From contig NMRA01000497.1 of NCBI GenBank assembly GCA_002633005.1, forward strand, positions 1 through 64,000: 64,000 bases of DNA, in the 5' to 3' direction. Under the pieces are notes generated by a model that ran no database searches, was not told the DNA's origin, and saw nothing but the letters and a program-made list of their open reading frames with translations. This document shows, one piece after another, positions 57,801 to 64,000 of the stretch (within the stretch, counting starts at the first letter, position 1; each line of letters begins with the position of its first letter). The translations under genes and the position numbers were made by a program. This stretch comes from Phoronis australis. Lineage: Eukaryota; Animalia; Phoronida.

Positions 57801-60800
57801 AGTGATCTTGGTACAGCATAATCACTTGGCTCAGTTTTATTATCACCGCTCACCCTGTGGGTCACAGGTGTACCTCCAAACCACAAGCAGTGAAACTAGA
57901 TGCACTTTGTGTCCCACAGGAGGTGCTGTGATTCTGGTATTTCGTCTCTGAATTTTGTATATTATAAAATGGTGTCCTAAGTTTAATGTTAACCTGTTAC
58001 TAAGTTTCTCAGATGTAACGAGTTAACTGAAGTTAGCATTTTGATAAACTGGCATAATTATGAAAAGAAGCAATCCATTCATTTCCGTTCATCAAAAGTT
58101 CAGTGCACAGTCTCAGTGTTAATTCGAAGTGACATGTTTTCGCTGTATCTTGCGTGATACGTAAACTTGTGTTTTAGTGAAACAAGGACATTTCGAACAC
58201 CTAAAATTCGCCGATCAATATGGGAAGCTCCGCCCAGGACCCCTACTCCATTCAAGAACGCTTTAGCTGAATTAGAAAAGAAAAATGGGGCGGTAAAAGT
58301 GTTGGTAAGTTTCTATTTATTCCTCATTGATCAACATTTTAGACTTGATGCGTATTATGTTCAAAACTATATAATATATGCCTGTCGTTAGACTTGTTTT
58401 AAATGCATATTTCCGATTAAGTGCTTGACGAGCTGTGTTGTTATGGAGTTTTTGTTGGATGAAGGTTCAGCGTCACCTACAGTTGTCACGTATCCTAATT
58501 GCCATTGTGTAAGGATTTGCTCAACTTAAAAGCCAATGTCTTATCTCATCGTGTATCCAACAGAGGTCTCTGTTGCGCTCTCATTACGATAACGGATTCC
58601 ATGTTCGTTATTTCTTCCACACGAAGGCAATAACATATGGAACTGGCCCTATTGGGTACGATAGCTTGAGTGTGTAGACTTTCCATGTGTTGCTTGCAAA
58701 GCAATTGTGCACTTTGATTACAGCCAGAAACGCCAAGTCGTCTAGTTGAAGACATCAATGAAGTTATACAAAGAGACACTGGCTCCACGGCTTTCAACAC
58801 GGACCCGGGCTCATACAAGAGAAAAAAGAAAGAGGTGTGTGTGGATTGGGCATGGGGGTGGTTATGTGCAGTCTTTTGAATTATACATTATCGTTTACCA
58901 GTTGTTTATTATCAAGCTGAACTGACAGTACGCTGTTACTGAGATTTAATGTGACAAGTTCGACGCGTATTACAGCTTTACCGTACTTCCTGTCAGTGGC
59001 AGTTTGTTCGTTGCAGAATGTTTCTCCATCCAAAAAGATTCGCTCATCATTAGAAAGCAGGTGGTCTACACCCGGTGATATAGCAATCCTTCCGCGTGAC
59101 CACGGCTTTGTGCCAGAGACTCCGGTGAGTGTTGTGCCTCGGGGTGTCCTTTTGGACCACTACCCGTCTTCCCTTGATTGCCAGTCATTGCCTAGTCTTC
59201 TCTGCTTTATTTAAGCGGCGATGACTCTGAGTTGCATAAAAAAATTGTTTTCCGAATTAGACCACCTACCACTCTAAAACTGAGCTCAACTTGTTCCTAA
59301 CTGAGAGAAGATGTGGTGTCTGCTTGGAAAATGACTTCCTTACTTGAGACCAGGCTCTGTGCACAAAATGGCCCGCCATGACAAGTTGACTTGAAGAGCC
59401 AGAAATTACCTCTAATTTGACTTGGGGAAAATTGAGTNCAGCTTTACCGTACTTCCTGTCAGTGGCAGTTTGTTCGTTGCAGAATGTTTCTCCATCCAAA
59501 AAGATTCGCTCGTCATTAGAAAGCAGGTGGTCTACACCCGGTGATATAGCAATCCTTCCGCGTGACCACGGCTTTGTGCCAGAGACTCCGGTGAGTGTTG
59601 TGCCTCGGGGTGTCCTTTTGGACCACTACCCGTCTTCTTTTGATTGCCAGTCATTGCCTAGTCTTCTCTGCTTTATTTAAGCGGCGATGACTCTGAGTTG
59701 CATAAAAAAATTGTTTTCCGAATTAGACCACCTACCACTCTAAAACTGAGCTCAACTTGTTCCTAACCGAGAGAAGATGTGGTGTCTGCTTGGAAAATGA
59801 CTTCCTTACTTGAGACCAGGCTCTGTGCACAAAATGGCCCGCCATGACAAGTTGACTTGAAGGGCCAGAAATTACCTCTAATTTGACTTGGGGAAAATTG
59901 AGTCAGTCGTCTGAATCAAAAGCTCATTTTTTGACGGAAAGTGTGTTTGTAACTGCTTTTACTTGAATTATCAAGACGAAAGTTTGTGTTTTTTACCCAG
60001 TTCATTACTTTCCACACAGGTGGTATAGTAAAATACTACATGGCTTGGATTCGATTTCCTCTTGATTTCCAGTTGCCTGTTTTTCATCTCCTTTCGTCAT
60101 TATTTTGACTTTAATAATGCAAAAACGTTTCAGTTAAATTTTACAACACTAAAACTGTTTCCATCACACAAGGCTATTTATTTGAGGAACAATACATCAC
60201 CTGGAAAAGTTTCCTCTTTCATTTGTCATTGTTCATTCCAAGCCCTGATACTAGTCAATGAAAACATGGTATTAAAAAAATAAGCTCCCCTCCTAGGCCA
60301 TCCAATAAGTCTCAAAATATCTTGTCTGTCAATTAACTGTAGAAGAGTTAACGTATCGGTGTCACCGTTGTTTAGCAAATTGGTTTTCCCTGTTGACGCT
60401 CAGCTGTGTGACAAAAAGTTTCCTTTGCGTGTATCACGATCAAGAGCTTCTCTTCTCACTGAAGTTTGCTTGTTGCCAAAGTGTCTTGAATTATTTGAAT
60501 TCCAAAGCTTTCTGCGTGTTTCTAACTTTTCAAGACACACATTCGCAATGAAGTAGGGGATCCTTCTTTTGTACTAATGTTGGTTGCTTTTGTTCAGTTG
60601 CACGTGCTTTGTGTGTGAATTAAGGCGTGTTAAGCGTGACTATCGATCTTGTGTACATGATAATGAAATGCTACTATTACAATAATTTTGCTTATTGCAC
60701 TGTTCTCTTGCAGAGTAAGTCCCTGATTGGTGATAACAGTATCGTGTTTTCACCGCCGTCCATTCTCAAGGACACGCTGTCGGCAACTGTCAGTCTTAAT

Positions 60801-63051
60801 GAAGCTTTCACGTTGCCAACGTCGCCGGCCCCTAAGCAAACGGTAAGCGCTCTGTAAATCATTAGTTACTATAATTGAGTTCATTTGCTAATTTTGACTT
60901 TATTCTAATTTCAGTAAGATACTGGCTGCCCACAAGGCATCTGCACTTATTTAATATTATTGCCTGTAGCGCTTGGTTATGAACAGATTGTGTAAAGCAA
61001 ATTAGACTGTTGGCATGGTACATTCAGTACTGGGATGTCATTTACGCTTAGATCTATTCCTTGACCTTTTGACCCTTTAGCTTATTCGGCGTGTAGTTAA
61101 TGAAGCTTTGACTTTCACACACAAAATCAATTTCAGTAGGGCTGTTCCAGCAAAATCTGTATGGGAGGGGGGGATGGCAGTTAAGATAAAAATTCATGGG
61201 TGGTGGTCCTCAGAAAAAGACTAAAATTATGTGTGGTCGTTCTTGTAAGAAGTAAAGCATTAAAACTAGGTGGTATTCTTTGACCTGTAAATGTTGAGAG
61301 GTTGGTATTTTCAACCAAATACATCTCAAAAGAAATCAAAACTCACCAAAAATTCACCTGGCAAAAAAATAACCCAGAACAAAAAAACAAGCCCATGTTG
61401 CTAGTGTACGGAGTGCAATATGTACACTACGCCATTACTCAAGTCATGGGCAACTTGATTACAAGCACATGTTGTACTGCAGTCATATTGGAATGAAAAT
61501 TTCTGCAACACTAAACTGGTGATGATTTTTAAATAAAAAGTGTGAGGAGTAAGATAGACAAGTTCCAATATTCATTTGACATAGCAGTCTAATTTAAGCA
61601 TTGGTGGAGACAGTTTGAGATTCATAGATCCATGAAATTGAAAAAATCTTATTGAAATTACAGAGACACCTGGTGGCTGCCAAAAGTATTGCTCACAGGT
61701 GTCTTTGAAAGGCAAGTTTCTGGTAACTGATATGAATTGTGATCTCACATGGAATTTTTCTGCACTCACAAAAACTTTGTGGTCGGTATGTCTCATTTCT
61801 TGTCCATCAATTATCTCAAGAACCGCTTGGCAGATCATAATGAAATTTGGTGTAGAGGTACTTGGCAAGGATGCGCCTGCACCAGTCGATTTGCGGGCAG
61901 ATTTGGCAACCTTGGTACCCCATGTTGGCCGGTTTAGTTTTCGACAAGCCATTCCTTATGTATTGATTATCTCAAAAACTGCTTCACTGATCACGATGAA
62001 ATTCGAAATAGAAGTATATCGCAAGAATGTGCTGGCACCAGTCACTTTTGGATGCGCTGAATTAAACTACTGTGGCACCCCCTTAGTTTTTGACTGCTCA
62101 AGTCATTGCTTGTCCCTCGATCATCTTGAAACTGCTTAACAGATCATGGTGACATTTGGCATAGAGATAGATGATTGGTATGTGCTGACACCAGTCAATT
62201 TTTGGACAGATTTGGCTACTGTAGCACCCCCTGTGGGGCACTTTAGTTTTTGACAAGTTGATTATCTCAAAAAGTGCTAGGCACAACTGGAAATTTGGCA
62301 CAAAAATATATAGCAGGGATGGATGCGTTGACAGAAGTCATTTTCGTTTTGATTCGACCACCCTCTTGACTACTTTAATTTTTGACAATATTGGACAAGG
62401 CAACTAGTTCTTGCCTGTCAATCATCTAAGTTCTTAACAGGTCATCCTGGAGGCAATTTCTTTGCAAGTGTTGGATTTTATATTTTAACCTATTAAAAAA
62501 TTATGGGTCGTGGGTTGGAGAAATAAATGAAAAATATGGGCGGTGGGTACAAAATAAAGGTACCTTCCTTGCTCCCATACATTGTTTGCTGGAACAGCCC
62601 TTACCTTTCCTTCATCCAGTTATTGTCATCTCAGTACATGTATTTTGTAAACACTTCCCAAATGCCTTGTGACAATCGACATGAAATCTGTTTTGCAAAT
62701 TGTCGATAATTTCAAACACTCCACATATGCAATTTGGTGCTTTGTGGTATTAACGAGATATCGAGTGCCGAAGTGAGATAAAATAACAATGAAGCGGTTT
62801 ATTTAGCCAAAAGTAACACTTTTGAAATACATTCCAACTGCAGTATAACCATCATATTCGCACAGCACGTGTGATGTTGTGACTCAAGTTACTGAAGTCT
62901 TAGGCAATGGATTGATCGTCAGTGTGTCCCATTCTTGCAGATTTCCGTGTCTTGGGAGACAGTGGCATGTGGCAGAACTCTGGATCAGCTACAAATGACA
63001 GAACAAGCGCGCTATCTGCTGAAAACAAAACCACGCTCGCTGGTACTTTGA
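45821..63051 (+). CDS. Myb: Three-repeat (R1R2R3) Myb transcription factor, B-Myb/ancestral animal type (about 652 aa). Exons 45821-45843, 47676-47793, 48861-49013, 49734-49837, 50774-50902, 51742-51907, 52287-52432, 53773-53915, 54643-54779, 55273-55404, 57676-57797, 58178-58304, 58724-58834, 59017-59124, 60714-60842, 62941-63051
   Basis: 1959 nt open with consistent phases. DHDYD; KGRWTKDEDEKL...QCQHRWQKVLNPELIKGPWTKEEDEKV...GKQCRERWHNHLNPEIKK...[86 protein letters not shown]. Confidence 0.96.
47676..47793 (+). CDS. Myb: Myb exon 2
   Basis: TQDTSDEDSDDGDHFDHDYDVPVARSKKNINKGRWTKDE. Confidence 0.95.
48271..48523. mobile_element. MITE CAGGGCTTGGAAT...ATTCCAAGCCCTG, 6-bp TSD (ctgata)
   Basis: 13-bp TIR and identical 6-bp flanks. 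Confidence 0.88.
48861..49013 (+). CDS. Myb: Myb exon 3 (R1)
   Basis: DEKLKK...QCQHRWQKVLNPELIKGPWTKE. Confidence 0.98.
49734..49837 (+). CDS. Myb: Myb exon 4 (R2)
   Basis: EDEKVLQLVRIHGPKRWTLISKQLKGRTGKQCRE. Confidence 0.98.
50042..50265. mobile_element. MITE with the same termini, 6-bp TSD (ttgaac)
   Basis: cagggcttggaat left end, decayed attccaagtttg right end, ttgaac flanks. Confidence 0.75.
50774..50902 (+). CDS. Myb: Myb exon 5 (R2/R3)
   Basis: WHNHLNPEIKKCAWTEEED...[13 protein letters not shown]. Confidence 0.98.
51742..51907 (+). CDS. Myb: Myb exon 6
   Basis: [18 protein letters not shown]...QNVK|gtaagt. Confidence 0.97.
52287..52432 (+). CDS. Myb: Myb exon 7
   Basis: STSSNLASG...GIVSPL; phase 0 to 2 bridges exons 6 and 8. 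Confidence 0.8.
52783..52957. mobile_element. MITE of the TTGACCTATCGC family
   Basis: Inverted copy of 26997-27166. Confidence 0.8.
53773..53915 (+). CDS. Myb: Myb exon 8
   Basis: CIPEFAEAI (FAETL-like motif)...VTPIKF. Confidence 0.88.
54643..54779 (+). CDS. Myb: Myb exon 9
   Basis: [11 protein letters not shown]...LISITSP...TPTILRKSKRKR. Confidence 0.88.
55273..55404 (+). CDS. Myb: Myb exon 10
   Basis: TPKGTPIKLLPFSPSQ. Confidence 0.92.
55598..57044 (+). mobile_element. Helentron-associated non-autonomous element (HINE/DINE-1-like) with internal tandem repeats
   Basis: 5' hairpin ACTTGGCGGAATT/AATTCCGCCAAGT (55601-55631) and T-run; imperfect tandem units at about 56310-56990; 3' subTIR AATTCCGCCAAGT (57008-57020) followed by stem-loop cgctc-ctcc-gagcg; T-rich insertion site. 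Confidence 0.8.
57676..57797 (+). CDS. Myb: Myb exon 11
   Basis: FLNSPDLPFGGKVTSTPVC; an alternative in-phase donor lies at 57776/57777. Confidence 0.88.
58178..58304 (+). CDS. Myb: Myb exon 12
   Basis: [31 protein letters not shown]. Confidence 0.95.
58724..58834 (+). CDS. Myb: Myb exon 13
   Basis: PETPSRLVEDINEVIQRD. Confidence 0.92.
58973..59903 (+). repeat. 465-bp tandem duplication split by a single N (58973-59437 / 59439-59903), includes Myb exon 14
   Basis: Five substitutions seen between copies; junction is exactly the N at 59438. Confidence 0.95.
59017..59124 (+). CDS. Myb: Myb exon 14 (second copy at 59483-59590)
   Basis: NVSPSKKIRSSLESRWSTPG...PETP, phase 0-0. Confidence 0.88.
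60039..60247. mobile_element. MITE with the same termini as 48271, 6-bp TSD (atacta)
   Basis: catggcttggat...attccaagccctg with atacta flanks. Confidence 0.75.
60714..60842 (+). CDS. Myb: Myb exon 15
   Basis: SKSLIGDNSIVFSPPSILKDTL...KQT|gtaagc. Confidence 0.88.
61139..62600. mobile_element. PIF/Harbinger-like non-autonomous element containing a nested tandem-repeat (HINE-like) insert at about 61755-62480
   Basis: TIRs gggctgttccagcaaa...tgtatgggag / ctcccataca...tttgctggaacagccc, flanks gta/tta; about 150-bp degenerate units (ttatctcaa...gatca...gaaatttgg) at about 61811, 61967, 62121 and 62261. Confidence 0.65.
62941..63051 (+). CDS. Myb: Myb last coding exon (MuvB-binding region)
   Basis: [36 protein letters not shown]. 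Confidence 0.95.
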   Translation: [36 protein letters not shown]

Positions 63052-63114
63052 TTCCTTACTCAGTCGTGACGTGGTAGTTTGATTGGTTTGACAGTCGCGT
63101 ACAAACTCTGTACN

Positions 63115-64000
63115 GGCAGTTAAAATAAAAATTCATGGGTGGTGGTCTTCAGAAAAAAAAATTAATTATGGGTGGCCGTTCTTCTAAAAGTAAAGCATTA
63201 AAACTGGGTGGTATTCTTTGACCTGTAAATATTGAGAGGTTGGTATTTTCAACCAAATACATCTCAAAAGAAATCAAAACTCACCAAAAATTCACCTGGC
63301 AAAAATATCCCAGAACAAAAAAACAAGCCCATGTTGCTAGTGCACGGAGTGCAATATGTACACTACGCCATTAATCAAGTCACGGGTAACTTGATTACAA
63401 GCACATGTTGTACTGCAGTCATATTGGAATGAAAATTTCTGCAACACTAAACTGGTGTTAACACATGTAAGTAAATTGATGATTTTTAAATAAAAAGTGT
63501 GAGGAGTAAGATAGACAAGTTCCAATATTCATTTGACATAGCAGTCTAATTAAGCATTGGTGGAGACAGTTTGAGATTCATAGATCCATGAAATTGAAAA
63601 AATCTTATTGAAATTACAGAGACACCTGGTGGCTGCCAAAGGTATTGCTCACAGGTGTCTTTGAAAGGCAAGTTTCTGGTAACTGATATGAATTGTGATC
63701 TCACATGGAATTTTTCTGCACTCACAAAAACTTTGTGGTCGGTATGTCTCATAATTTCTTGTCCATCAATTATCTCAAGAACCGCTTGGCAGATCATGAT
63801 GAAATTTGGTGTAGAGGCACTTGGCAAGGATGCGCCTGCACCAGTCGATTTGCGGGCGGATTTGGCAACCTTGGTACCCACATGTTGGCCGCTTTAGTTT
63901 TCGACAAGCCATTCCTTATGTATTGATTATCTCAAAAACTGCTTCACTGATCACGATGAAATTCGAAATAGAAGTATATCGCAAGAATGTGCTGGCACCA
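63115..64000 (+). repeat. Near-identical copy of 61176-62040 starting right after a single N
   Basis: Colinear match with a few substitutions and small indels; runs off the window end. Confidence 0.93.

Noticed and set aside
61572-63926. Repeated 110-146-aa ORFs (MSLKGKFLVTD..., MACRKLNRPT...)
   Set aside because: Chance ORFs within the non-coding repeat and its haplotype duplicate.

Overview
This is eukaryotic (invertebrate-animal-like) genomic DNA with GT-AG introns, so most of the supplied six-frame ORF track is noise. Three spliced genes were assembled by hand with consistent exon phases. (1) An unrecognised plus-strand gene (CDS about 1580-7256, about 373 aa) with a helical/coiled-coil N-half and a Ser-rich tail carrying a KSTQT motif. 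(2) A minus-strand NWD2-like gene (DUF4062 + NACHT + WD40; 13 coding exons, 43283-20686, about 2140 aa, with a 3.6-kb last exon). (3) A plus-strand three-repeat Myb gene of the B-Myb/ancestral type (16 coding exons, 45821-63051, about 652 aa). NWD and Myb are head-to-head and probably share a compact promoter near 45.6-45.8 kb. The 7.3-16.3 kb interval is a nest of dead transposons: Penelope-like fragments in both orientations, an Academ element with TIRs and a TAA target duplication, and HERO-like non-LTR fragments. Introns carry several MITE families with 5-, 6- and 7-bp TSDs and a Helentron-type HINE. Two near-identical duplications start exactly at single-N scaffold joins (59438, 63114) and are most likely uncollapsed haplotypes. 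All gene models are read from sequence only; no database or expression evidence was available.
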